Notes under the pieces: model-generated
The model's input: the letters and a program-made list of their open reading frames with translations, nothing else
Told to the model about the DNA's origin: nothing
Database searches by the model: none
Program-made: the position numbers and the translations under genes
In this document: piece after piece, positions 30,013 to 43,455 of the stretch
Layout of the letters: each line of letters starts with the position of its first letter
Numbering within the stretch: position 1 is the first letter of the stretch
Assembly (NCBI GenBank): GCA_023515725.1
Contig: JALDTO010000213.1
Span: 62,001 to 126,000, forward strand
Length of the DNA: 64,000 nucleotides
Source: Amoeboaphelidium protococcarum X5
Taxonomy: Eukaryota; Fungi; Aphelidiomycota
Reading direction: 5' to 3'

Positions 30013-31524
30013 ATGTTATCTCTACATTGTTTTGTATTGTGTATTTTGTCAGTATCGCTACTTGCCGGCGCAGAGTAGTAGCTTGTGACAAAGGATAACA
30101 AATTCAAGGTTGACTGGAGAATTGACACCACCAATGATGTGGTCACATTTGGAGTCAGTGAAATGGTGCCCGGATTCTTTACCGACAGATGGTTCGCTCT
30201 GGCATTTAATGACAAGGATGGCAGACGTACTATGAACAATGTCGATATGGTATTTGTTAATGTGGATAGCAGTGCGTAAAATTGTGTTGTCACTGATCGC
30301 TGGTCAGATACTCAGTTTGAGCCGAAAACTGATGAATAATATGGCGGCGTTCAAGATTATTATGACTATTAACTTCTTTCCACCAAAGATGGTCACGTAA
30401 GATGCGAGTTTAGCCGTAAATTAGAGACTGGCGATAGATATGATTTTCAATTTACCAAGAATCAAACTATTCTCCTATTTTATGCTCACTCTGAAATTCT
30501 GGATGGTGGTAGTCGTTTTGACAGACATTACAAGACTGTTGGAGGATAATTGGTTAATTTATTTGATGCCGATCAGGATGTAGATTAACGATAGTCTGGC
30601 GGTATCTATCTGGACGATCCTAACTACAGATTGAAGCGCGGCGAAGTATTGTGGAAATGGAAGGTGTTGTGGCACTCGGCATCAATGACCGTTGCATTTA
30701 TTGTCCTCATGTTCCCTTTTGCAGTGCTGGCGCGTTATATGAAGTACATCGTGCCTAAATGGTTCTTTCATCATTGGAAGGGCCAGGTATTGGCGACATT
30801 TATTGCCATAGCTGGATTTATCATTGTCTTTTATCATTTGAAATGGAGCTTCAGGTGGACTAATAGACACACGTATTTGGGCGTTGTGTTGATGTTTGTT
30901 CTCATTCCACTCTAGCTGATAATGGGTTATCTCAGTAATGCTTTGTGGTATGCTGGTAAACCACCGCATTTATACCCGGATAAGTTGCATTGGATCCTTG
31001 GTTATGTCATTCTCGTGTCATCCGTGGTCAACATTGGTTTTGGTGTCGAATGGTATTAGGAATTAGCTCCGTTATATCTAGCCAGTCAGAAAGTTGAATT
31101 ACAATATGATACACAGGGGAACGCGTCAAATCTGAATAATGGCCTTAATTGGACTGTGTTCGCAGTCACATGTAGTTTCTTAGGATTGGGACTCTTGCTC
31201 TTTGAAGTATTTGTCGGATAGAAGCATGAACACCAGTAGACTTCTGAGTAGTAAAACACGTCTTCGGTATAGTCATCTTCTGATGATATTGCCACAATGG
31301 ATGTTGAAGAAGTTCCTGTAGCGGTTATACCGAATGAAGAAGAGGTGGTTATCGATGACGCAGGTGTTGAACCTTTAGTGTTGTTGGAGAACAAGGGACA
31401 GCGAAGTAGCAGAGGTATTGAGTTCAAGTGGAGCAGATCTTGGACTAAAGCGTTCTATGTTGTCTGGTGGATAACTCTAGCTATTGCATCGATTTTGTTC
31501 ATTCTATCGTTGGTATACATGTGA
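30013..31524 (+). CDS. DOMON plus cytochrome b561 protein (ferric-chelate reductase FRRS1/CYBDOM-like), 503 aa
   Basis: Signal peptide; DOMON WFALAF..RTMNNVDMV..DRWS..FSRKLETGDRYD..DRH with the Met/His haem ligands; b561 histidines in WHSASM, WFFHHW, RHTYLG and KLHWILG. Confidence 0.88.
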
Positions 31525-31642
31525 TTATTGTACTGCATCTATGGGGGCTAGTTTAAAAATAGATGCTACTTGACGTGAAAATAAGAAATGAATCTTTTAT
31601 GAAATGAATATTCTGTATTTTTGGCACTGTACTTTAGAAAAG

Positions 31643-32677
31643 TCAATCATCTTGGTTGTTCTAGTTCACGAAAGCCTCAGCCTCATCATGGTACTCTTTC
31701 CACTAAGCGTATACCGACTTCCAATTCTGATCAGTATTGAACTCTTTCGCTTACAAGAATGGCTTATACAAAGTATAATGGATAATTCTAGCATTAGGCA
31801 GCAATCTATCCCAAGTGCGACGAAGATCAGCTTATCCCCATGACCGGAGCAGGGCAAGATTCAGATTATAAATGTAATCCATCAACACCAGCCCATGTCT
31901 GAAATAATAATTCAACAGGCCTTGTTCAGCCCATACGGCGGGATAAATGTCCGGACAAGACATCATCCTCATAAAGTCTGTGAACATTCTGCTACAAGGA
32001 ATGAGAGACATTACGCCAGCATTAAATGTATCTCTATACCCATCGGACTGATTCTCCCAGATATCACCAACGGCAGCAAGTGGTATAGATTATGGCAGAT
32101 CCAAGAGCGCGGACACGTCACCTACAATTAACACATCCGCATCCAGATACACCATTCTATCGTACTGAGTCATGTTCCAGATGTTCAACTTTGTGTACTG
32201 ATCATAGAAATGAGGCGGAGGCTCCATGCCAGCTACCGGTTTAATCAGCGTGACAGGCTCCAGTATAAATCCAGCTCTGGATAGCTTCTCAACATAATAC
32301 TAGCTCACCTTCTCTTCCAGGTACAGGATAAGAAATGGCACGGATGGGTGGTGTTTAAGAGCGGAGTAGGCCAGAGTCATTACCCCATCATAGTAATTAT
32401 CAGACAGAAACTACGTGACAAAGACCTTGTTCAGTGACGCGGGATCTTTCTAATGCGCGGCATTCATCTATTGGCATGACTTGATGGAATTAGAGCAGGT
32501 GGAGCGTCTACATTACACCGGTAGCTGGCTGTCAGTCAGCTCTGTATTTCTGATAAACATAAAGTAGATTAGATTGATCATTGCCAAGACAGCAATAGCA
32601 GCGAGAAGATAGGTATACTGCGGCCGCTTACCAAGCAACTTTTTAATATGAAATCGCTAGATAGTAATTCCGTTCAT
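31643..32677 (-). CDS. Glycosyltransferase family 8 (glycogenin-like catalytic domain, type II membrane anchor), 344 aa
   Basis: YTKLNIWNMTQYDRMVYLDADVL; FNAGVM; AEQGLLNYYF; IIHYTLYKPF; N-terminal TM helix. Confidence 0.9.
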
Positions 32678-32919
32678 ATTCAACACAGACTTGTAATAAG
32701 TTATTTATTTATTTATCGATTAGACTACGAAAAAAGGTAGGTAATGTGTTTAAATTGATAAAGCGACTCTCCGTGCTTTAAATCTTCCCCTGGCCAGGAC
32801 TGACTGAATCATCAAAACGTTTCGACTCAATTGAACAAAAGCGATCTGGACTGTGTAAGTGTGTGTATGAGTGTGGCGTCTCTAATTCGCATCTTAACAC
32901 GGATAATAAATATAAGAAG

Positions 32920-33639
32920 ATGGTGAAGAACACGCTATGTATTTTATTTTAAATAGTCATTGTCTCGTAGATTCCAAAAGACTTTGATAGTACTTCAGCT
33001 TGGTATTTAGTATAAAGATAGTCTATGAGTAGTGCGGCGAGACTAGATCCCATGAGAGCAGTTTGGCAAACTCAGATTAGAGTTGATCAATCAGCTCTTG
33101 CTAATCTTGCTTTATTTATTAAACTAATTCTTGGCTGGCTCCCTATTCTTCCAATTCCTCCCGATATTCCATCATTTAGATTAAGAATTCATTCATGTCT
33201 GGAAGTCGCGATTATGACTAAGACTCTTCCTCATTATCTCCATCGTGATCAACTAGATTCAGTATCCGCAATATATATTAAGAACGCTTGAGCGGATCTT
33301 ACAAAACTTTATACGCAGTATTAACATACGCAGACCACTACCTGGCGTATTCATCTTGCTACTGATTTCCAATCTTGGCATACGTATCTGGATGACATTT
33401 CTATTACAATCTATAGTACTGTTAGCGAATGGATTTTAAATCTATATCAAAATTAATTGCAGGCATTTGGAATAACTAAAAATATGAATTCTAATACGCG
33501 TCCTTTATCTTATGTGACGGAATTTGTTAAGGGATACTCTGCAATGCCTGACACTAATTACACGACATCAGCATCATCATACAATCTCTGCTGGTGTTCT
33601 CCAACGTTGTACCGCAATTCCAGCATGCCTTTAAGCTGA
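32920..33639 (+). pseudogene. Orphan ORF of about 239 codons interrupted by a single in-frame TGA at 33289-33291
   Basis: One frame runs from ATG 32920 to TGA 33637-33639 with only one internal TGA (IKNA*ADLTKLY). Weak signal-peptide-like start; no family recognised. Confidence 0.4.
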
Positions 33640-33789
33640 CTGTATTTAAAAGTCTAAGCGGTATTTATGACTTGCGAATTTTCGAACTCCAACCAACCAA
33701 CATCATTAACCAAGCGCGTATTGTCTCTCTTTACCTTTTTTTGTTGAAGTAGAAATATTAGAAAGAGACAAAATCGTAAAAGCAGAAAA

Positions 33790-34545
33790 ATGGCGGATGA
33801 GCATAGTTAAACAATGGTCAATAGCGAGTTGGAGTAAGAATTAAAAGATCTAAAAGAATAATTGAGTGAAATTGAGGTGGAACTGTAAGCATAGCCCGAT
33901 GATGAGGAATTGCTGGCTTTAAAGAAGGAGTTATGCGACCTGATAGAGACTGCTCAGTCACAACTGTAATCACAGAGCCAGGATAAAGCTGAGGTGATTC
34001 CCGAGATTTCTTAATTTTCTATTGGCGAGCTGGTGAAAGCCAAGTATTCGCAGGATGGCAAGTATTATGATGCACGTATTGATGCATCGAAAGGCGATGA
34101 CCAGTATCTGGTCACTTACGTTCAGTATGGCAACACGGAGTTTGTGAATAAGCGCGATCTGAAGAAATTGCCTACCGCTGATGATAAAACGGAAGATGAC
34201 AAGAAAAATAATAATACCGCGGACTAGAAATTCCCCAAGAAAAGTGCAAATAAGCCTCCGACAAGTAGTCATGGAGCACAGTCGCAACAATAACAATAGC
34301 CACCGGAGCGTAAGCGAAAGAAGGCCACGTTTGAAGAGCGCATGGAGAAACGCGAGAAAGAAGCGGCGGAGAAACAGAATGCCTGGCTCAGTTTCGCGGC
34401 CAAAGCTCCCGCCAGGCCCGGTGCTACGGGACGATCCGTTTCATCAACGCAGAAAGCATTGGCAAGACCTTCATCTCTCAGGCCTCCAACTCAAGCTGGT
34501 CCTAGTGCTAATCAGATCAAAGGCTATCATCCTTATAAAAAGTAA
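33790..34545 (+). CDS. SPF30: Tudor-domain splicing factor SPF30/SMNDC1; the 3' end is uncertain (TAA at 34543-34545 or TGA at 34705-34707)
   Basis: EQLSEIEVELQAQPDDEELLALKKELCDLI; Tudor AKYSQDGKYYDARI...VTYVQYGNTEFV; KQNAWLSF; ends ...YHPYKK. Confidence 0.8.
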
Positions 34546-34600
34546 ACGTTGTAAATCAAATAAATTTAAGAATCATTAACTGAGTATGTTCTGTGTATTA

Positions 34601-34978
34601 TCACTATTCATTAGACTTTTACGCAGCCTCCTTCAACATTGTCACCAACTAGCCTTTTCTGTTCAGAGCCATAATATCATCACAGCCACCGACATGCTTA
34701 GAATTGATGAATATGTTTGGCACAGTTCTTTAGCCAGTCATCGCTTTCAGCTAATCCTGAATCTATTGACCGGTAGCCTGAAAATCGTTATTGGCATCAT
34801 TCATCTCATCCAGTTCATAGACGCGATAGCCAGCAATCAACTTGGCGTCGCCCACCTCATTCTTGATCACTTGCTCAAGCAGATTCTTTGCGTTTCTGCA
34901 TTATGGGCAATAAGTCTTACTAAACACCAACACAGCGTATTTGTTAACAGCCTACTGGATTTTCTGTTGCAAACTCAT
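34601..34978 (-). CDS. Dithiol glutaredoxin, 125 aa, with a CPQC active site
   Basis: VLVFSKTYCP[TAA]C; [21 protein letters not shown]; ends in TAG-TGA. Confidence 0.92.
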
Positions 34979-35425
34979 AATTAATTATCACTAGGTATAT
35001 AGCTATAAAAGAGAAATGAAAAGAGATGAGTGGATGAAAGTTTTCTAGATTCACATCGGTAATGATGCATCAATGATTACCAATCAAAGTGACGTCACTT
35101 TTTTGGAACCATAATGGGAATACAAGGCAATTTTCTAGACGCGGTATTAGAATGATTAATGAATAACAATAAGAACTTTATACGATTATTTATTGACATT
35201 GGAATAATCACAGTCAGAGATCTACCTTGAAAACTACAAGCACCGCGTTTCGGGAACTGCTTTCATCGATATAAAAAATTGCTCAAAATCTCTCTGCGCG
35301 CGCGTTGTTTCCGTTGAATTCCACCGCGTCGAATCCCTACCGCTGGTCCAGCCTGAATTTCTATAGCTGTGCGTATACCATATATATTAGTGTGTTGATA
35401 GTCTTATAAATATTTTAAGCCAGCT

Positions 35426-36391
<966 letters not shown>

Positions 36392-36473
36392 TCTGGGTAT
36401 TCTTTTCAAAATTTAATTTGATCACTTACATGAAATAGAACTGACTTTTTATACACTATTATACTGTATGTTA

Positions 36474-38921
36474 TCATTATTCACTTATTAATTGCTCAAT
36501 GACTTGTTAAGCGATTTTACTATCGCCCTTGTTCAGCTCTGCTTCAAGTCGCTTCAATTAACTGCCAAATTGGTTGCTTTGTGAGGTATCACTTTGATCA
36601 ACACATTGCACTCTATATACACCTTGGCCGAGTGATCTACCGCGTGATTCCCAAGTGAATCTCATTTAGCGTCCATCATTTAGTTTAATTAAGGCACTAC
36701 TATCATCTTCGATAACAATCATCTCAGTACGGAGCAGAGTCAGAGACTTTATACGAACAGATTAGACAAAAGATGCAATGGCCACACGGAGACAATCTTC
36801 CGTCACAATAAGAGAATTCAGCGTATAAACATGATACAATACTTATTCCTACAGTGTATATACGAATAGAAATTTAATCTAACTCTCAGTTATAAATAAA
36901 AGAATTTGCCGCAGAGTCACATTCATTCCAGATGAGAAAGGTGGTTGAACGAACAGGTACCTGGACAAATACTCAGAGCAATATAGATAAATAACGTGTT
37001 TACATCCAAGATTGCCTTTTATCTTTTAAATAAGCGGATCTTTACTCAAATCGCCCAAATCTCTAAACTGTACCATGAGTCGCCCATTGGGAGATACCAA
37101 ATCGCGCTCAATCTGGTATGACAACTGAGATTGTGCAAACTAAATCGCCATTTTAGTAATTACAGTAGACAATTCCTACTCCAGCTGTTAATCATCCGCA
37201 GAACCATTCAAATTGAATGCAAACTCTTTGAAATCAAATGAAATTTCAACTGTAGAGTGCGCAGATATCTTAATCAACTTATCTCCAGATTCATCTGCTG
37301 CATTAACAGTCAGAGCTATAGTAGGATGACGCTAGTGTATATTCATAAAATACAATTCAAACACTCCAACTCTTGGACTTTATAAGAGTCTACATGTATT
37401 ATACTCTAAATCATCTCCCAAAGATCCATTAGCAGACGCGGAAGAAGATAGCATTAAATCACCCAATAGAACATCTGAATATTATACGGCTTTATAACCA
37501 AGCACTTTCATTATTTCCCTAAGTAAATGCAATTGACAGATTTTATCATAGCACTTTAACACCCACTTGACTTTAGACTAATTATTTCCTGAATTAATAG
37601 AGGCAGATATCAAACCAAGTTAATCAGAGAAATGCCCTTGAACATCTATATCTACATTAGAGACTGAGAACTTGCCACTTTAAACACTAATCTTGATATT
37701 CAAAGGCCAGCGAAAGTCATCCACTTAGAACTGCAACCCGTTAGTATCATCTTTAATGTTATAACCTTATGAGATTAGATATCGTTAAAGGCGATCCAAT
37801 TTCATCAGAGCTTTCTACTAAAGCAGCTGCGCAAGAACTTGTTCCAAAGTATCGGAGGGCAATTCGAACGTATGAATCACTTTATAATCCTCATCGTAGA
37901 GCACTATTTACCGCTCGCAAAGAGCTGGTAATGTCGCGGGTTGATCAGTATTAAGCAGTAACGCATTCTACTATATTCGCAAGTGTAATATGTTATTTTG
38001 TTATTCATTCCAATATGAAAAGGATATTGACTGTACAGGGTCCGCCATATTCCCGACATCATCATCCTCAACACTAATCAAGTCAATTCCATACCGTTAT
38101 TAAGATTCACTACTATGTACGAGCCATGATATACACTTCTCCAGCATGAACTCATGAGATAATCTATCCAAATGTTCATAAAGATTGACAATTGTGGAAT
38201 CTGCGCGATCAGATTAGAACTCTTTGATCGCGATACCATGCAAATAATCTGCGCACATCTGGCTCTACTGAGAGGATAATTCAAACATGATAAATTCCAC
38301 TCGCAGCACTATCCAATAGTATTACCTAGCTGCAATATCATAAGATAGCGATAGATAGACATTGTACCACTATGGCTTTTCCATAGATAGTATGCCATAA
38401 TCAACAGAGAATCGAAGACCGGCACTGGATGGTAATAAGAGCGATTCAATTGACAACTAATCTTTAATCTTGCTGTCCAAAATGTCATAAATATCTTTAT
38501 ATGATTTCGCGCTAAATTCAAATTAAGATAGAGATAATGACTAAGGATAATGATGGGCAATAGAGGATGATGCAGTAACCAACTTCAGAGCTTGATCAAT
38601 GGAACTAGACGGCGTGAGGTGATCTGATCGTCGACTTTAAAACAAGTCATCTGCACATTACAATACTTTAAAAACTTGATCAGACTCCAACTTGAATAGA
38701 TTGCGCATATCAACATATTCATTACCCAGCTGAGCGTATACAGAATTAACATACTTGACGAGAGCATACATCTTTTTCAGGGTATTACTGTGTCGCTGCA
38801 TTTCGAGGCAAAGAGCATCTCGTTTAGAACTAACACCACCAACATTATTGAGAGATGTACATAGCTACGCGGTAAGCTTTTTAACCAAATCTGCAAGATT
38901 AATGTTAGGTGGTCGTTCCAT
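36474..38921 (-). CDS. Divergent Mediator subunit MED14/Rgr1-like protein, 815 aa
   Basis: Frame checked open from ATG 38921 to TAA-TGA. The N-terminal layout resembles MED14: INLADLVKKL..KRDAL..LKKMYALVKY; SIDQALKLV; FSVDYGILSM..WIVLRVEF; LYEHLD; ISFSYW. The CDS is solid, the identity moderate. Confidence 0.6.
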
Positions 38922-39189
38922 ATACTGTATAAAGAGAGTCAGGCAAAGTTTTCCAGAAGATCTATCGTAAAAAGTCAATATTCCCAGAGGCGAACGAATA
39001 GCAGCAGACGAAGCAAAAAACAAAAGTTCTTTCCACTGCGGAACGGGAGAGAAGAGAGAGAGACGGAGAAATCAGAGAGTAAAGAACTAAGAGAGCGCGC
39101 CTTACACTGTGGCTCCATTGTTATTCCTTGAAGATCCGAAACAAATCAAAGCACACGAGATCAGAAGAGAAACTAGATAGATTTTAACG

Positions 39190-39687
39190 ATGAGAACTGT
39201 ACCTGCTGGGCCTGCTTAGAGACTCAATACTGAGAATGTGAGAGATGTCAAGATTGCGATTGTTCACGCTGAATGGCACCTGCCGTACATTAAGCAACTT
39301 GTGGATGGAATCAAATTGGTGTTGGATGATCATCAAATGACGCGTTATCAGTTATTTTCAGTGCCTGGAAGTTATGAACTGCCTTTGGAGTGTCAACGCG
39401 TACTCCAAGATTTGGACTTTGACATCGCCATCGCTGTGGGTATACTGATCAAGGGCGGTACTATGCACTTTGAATACATTGCTAGTGCGGTGAGTCAAGG
39501 CCTTATGGATGTATAGTTGAGATTGAACAAGCCCGTGGTGTTTGGCGTGCTGACGTGTCTCACTGAAGACCAAGTCAAGGAGCGATGTGGATTGTAAACC
39601 CCGACCGGTTCTGCATAGCCACTAAACCATGGCCTGGACTGGGGCAGAGATGCAATCAGATTGATACTACAAAGATACAATGACTGA
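39190..39687 (+). CDS. RIB4: 6,7-dimethyl-8-ribityllumazine synthase, 165 aa
   Basis: IAIVHAEW; SVPGSYELP; GILIKGGTMHFEYIA; PVVFGVLTCLTEDQ; NHGLDWG. Confidence 0.96.
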
Positions 39688-39747
39688 CGGATTGAAATAA
39701 ATCAATGATAAAAATAATTTTATCTTCAAGTAGAATTCATGTACTTA

Positions 39748-42261
39748 TCAACGACGTCGTTTACCGCCTTGCTTGGACTACTTGGAAGGGCGGGCATTCT
39801 TCTCACGGCGCTTCTCCTTCAACTTGCGCTCCCTCACAATCGCGTCTTTACTCTTCAACTCATCCTTGATGGTACGTGGCTGCTTACCTTGTGATTTAAG
39901 TTTCTTCAACTTTCGCTCATAGTCAACACTCTTGGGATCGAGAGGTTTTGGCGCAGTCTATTTATTGTGTCTAAAGCGCCCACCTTTTCCATTTCGCATT
40001 ACCCGTCCATTGTGTGTGAGTTGCTCAATAAACTGGCTATCTTCTTTACCACTAAAAGACACTTTATTCTTGTTCTGCCACTACTCAAAGGCCTTAGTCT
40101 TGTATGAGGCGCGGATCAGTGCACCACTCTCAGACTTCATGTACTTTTTGTTGTCAGATCCAATCTGTCCCTGCTTGACAAACTTCTTTTGCTTTTTATC
40201 CCAGACGAGTTTGCTCTTATGACCTTGAGATTTAAGACCGGATTCATCATCTGCAACAATATCCAGTGCTGCAGTACTAGCCATCTTGTTAAATGGAGAA
40301 TTCAGATCATTGACAGCATATCCGCGCTCATCTGAGGCATCTTGTCTAGCATACGGAATGTAATACTCTTAATCTTTGAAGTCTTCCGGTGCAGCTTTAC
40401 GCTTTCTACTCTGCTAACCAGAAGTCATGTCAAACACTTGAGACAGTTCTACATCATCTAGTTAACTATTATCACCGCTGGGGCGATCATTATCAACGAC
40501 ATTCTACTTGCTGCTGCTGCTCATCTGGGCATTATTCTAGATTTTCTCTCGCTTCTTGGCAATAGCAGGAGATAATAACGCACGCCTATTCTTCATCATG
40601 TCTGCCGCATTATCAGGCTCTTTATGGTGCTTATTTAGGCCCATTTTTCTAATTTCAAAGATTGTCTCTTGCGGTCTGAAGTTGCGCAGCTGCTCCATCA
40701 AATTGACACTCTGCAGCTGGTTGGCATTCATATATTGACGAAGGAACGGGTGAACACCACACTTAACAGAGTCCAGAGGAGCGTACTCCATAATCTACCT
40801 AGCCTAGATATGAGATTCTTTAGATGCCTAAGAGCGAGTATTCTTGTACAGTTTATAACCATTCTAACTAGACTTTTTTAAAGCTGACAACTGATCCTGA
40901 GTAATTAGAGCACTATCAACACTCTCCATCAACTCCTGCATAAGAAGCTAAGGGAAGGACGCGTAAATTACCTCATTTCTATAATCAACCATCTTGGATT
41001 CCACATTATCCGCTATATCACTTCCCAATCTCCATGTCTTGCCCAGAAATAACTTCAAATCTATCAAATGAGCCAAATCGTCATTGGTAATCAGAGCAAA
41101 TGATCGTCCACTTCTACCAGCTCTTGCAACTCTACCAGATCTATGAATAAACAGCTTTGGTTTATCACAGAAATCATAATGAACAACATTATTCAAAAAA
41201 GGAATATCTATACCACGAGCAGCCAAGTCAGTAACAATTAGAAATCTAGTCTAGCCAGATCTGAATTTGCTAATATTGATAGAACGCGCCACTTGGTCCA
41301 TGGAGCCGTATACATAAGAGGATTATAATTATAGGAACGACTACAACAACTCCCTCAAGTACTCAACATGATGCTTAGTTGATGCAAAGATGATAGTCTG
41401 CTCATTGTCAGTATTAATTACATGCTTCACCAAGTAGAGCAGAGCCGCCTCCTTATTCGCCTACTTCACACCAAAGAACATCATGTCCAAATCTGGAGAT
41501 ATCTTTGATTCTGAATCCAAGCGTATCAACACAGGAGATTGCAGGCCAGCCTTTGCGAATTCAACTAAAGACTTGGGTAACGTGGCAGAGAATAAACACG
41601 TCTACCTATTGGGCGACAATTTGTGCATAATCTCGCGCATCTAATCTTCAAATCCCTATTCAAACAGACGATCAGCCTCATCAAACACCAGATACTAAAC
41701 TGTAGACAGAAAGTCAACATTAGACATCTCCACCATCAGATGCACTAAACGACCCGGGGTGGCACATATAACATCCGGATTAGTCGCTATCATGGCAAAT
41801 TGATCATCCAGCGAATCGCCACCCACGATATTCACCACACGCAAATCAGTAAACTTGGCAATATCACGCGTAAATGAAGCCGTCTATAAGGACAATTCTC
41901 TAGATGGACTCAGAATCAGGGCGCGAGTTCCAATCTTTACACTATGACTCTTCAACTTCTCCAACATTGGAATTACAAACGCGGCACTCTTACCGGATCC
42001 AGTTCTAGACATCGCCACTACATCACGCCCAAACTTTCCCTCAGCAGATGATCCCAAAATGACGGGAATGCACTTTCGCTGGATGGGAGTAGGCACTTTG
42101 TATCCCTTCTTCATGATACCTTAGAATATGGCATGAGATAGACCCATAGACTGGAAACCACCAGACTTCTTCTTCTTTCTATTCGCAATCAATGAATACT
42201 CTTCAATGGCTTGAGCATCACTCAGTTCATTATCAGATGCAGAATCATTATAATCAGACAT
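39748..42261 (-). CDS. DBP10: DEAD-box RNA helicase Dbp10/DDX54 (60S biogenesis), 837 aa
   Basis: [13 protein letters not shown]; PTPIQRK; SRTGSGKS; DEAD; FSATLP; [13 protein letters not shown]; DBP10[11 protein letters not shown]...[13 protein letters not shown]. Confidence 0.95.
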
Positions 42262-42488
42262 TTTAATATATAAAGCACAAGGTAATTAAGTGCTATATAG
42301 TTCTATAATCGACTGGCTGATATACTTTGACTGATTTTCACAACTACAGTAAGACGAAGCCAATCAAGAGCAGAGCGAAGTGAATAAGCGAGATCTTAAA
42401 CTTTTTGGCTTTTCCTTATCCCGGGACCATATATTGGTCACTTCAACAAGCTCTCTCTCTCTATTTATAAAAATACTGATTATCTACA

Positions 42489-43396
42489 ATGTTGAAACAG
42501 GCAATGTAATTGGATGAAGATTTGGCTGATTTTGAGCGCTAGTTGGCTCTGAGTTCAATAATAGCTCAATAGAAGTTGGATTCGAGATTCACAGAATTGC
42601 GGTAGAGGTTAGAGCGATTTAACCAAGACTTGGAGGTAAAGTGATTTTATGTTGAGTTTATGATCTCTTACTGCTGCTTCTATGCTGATGCATTAAATGT
42701 AGGCTCTTCGATTGAGAGGAAAGTTTATAGGGAATGACACGAACAATAAAGCTGCCGATGATCTGCAAGAGTGTGATCAGTACCGAAACATGTAAGAGAG
42801 CATCGTAGCCTTAGCCGTGTGCAATAAATTTCCATACACCGACCGTATTATTGATGTAGTCTAATCACAAGATTTCGAAAGATTACCAATGCTTATAAAG
42901 CTTACGTGAAGAAGTAGGATGCCGAGTAAAGGCGACAATTGTTGGGTGATTAGAGAGAATCCAAGGTATCATCATCTGCATCAGCGGTCAATAATATTGA
43001 TCGCACTTAATCAACCGTCTAGAGAAGTGTTAACGATGCTCTGAAGCGGGCAAGTTAGCTAATGAGTGCAGAGATTGAGCGAAGTGCAGAGTCTCTTAAA
43101 TCTTTAGGTATATAACAAATTATGCTTCATGATAATGATGAATCTTGGCGATTCTTAACTCAATCATATCCATCACCGTGTATGTAGAAAGCTCATCAAA
43201 GTTGTTGAATGATACTGCAAATGTGTATGGCGAGGAGCTCAAACACGCGCTTGGTAAAACTGATGAGGCTCTAACAAAGTTGGCGCAACGAGAATTCACA
43301 GACAAAGTTCTCATCATTCTAGCCGTCTCGGTCTTCATGGCTGTGGTTGCATATATTGTAAAAGAGCGTCTTTTATCCTCAAGTTCTAGAGTGTGA
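42489..43396 (+). CDS. SEC20: ER t-SNARE Sec20; exons 42489-42635, 42703-42791, 42860-43107 and 43188-43396 (230 aa)
   Basis: RRQLLG; VNDALKRASQLMSAEIERSAESLKSLESSSKLL; REFTDKVLIILAVSVFMAVVAYIVKERL. Three GTA..TGTAG introns give a continuous frame. Confidence 0.85.
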
Positions 43397-43455
43397 ATAT
43401 TATTAGGCATGAGTAAAACAATGGTTGGTTGATTCATACACACTTGATTAGGTCT

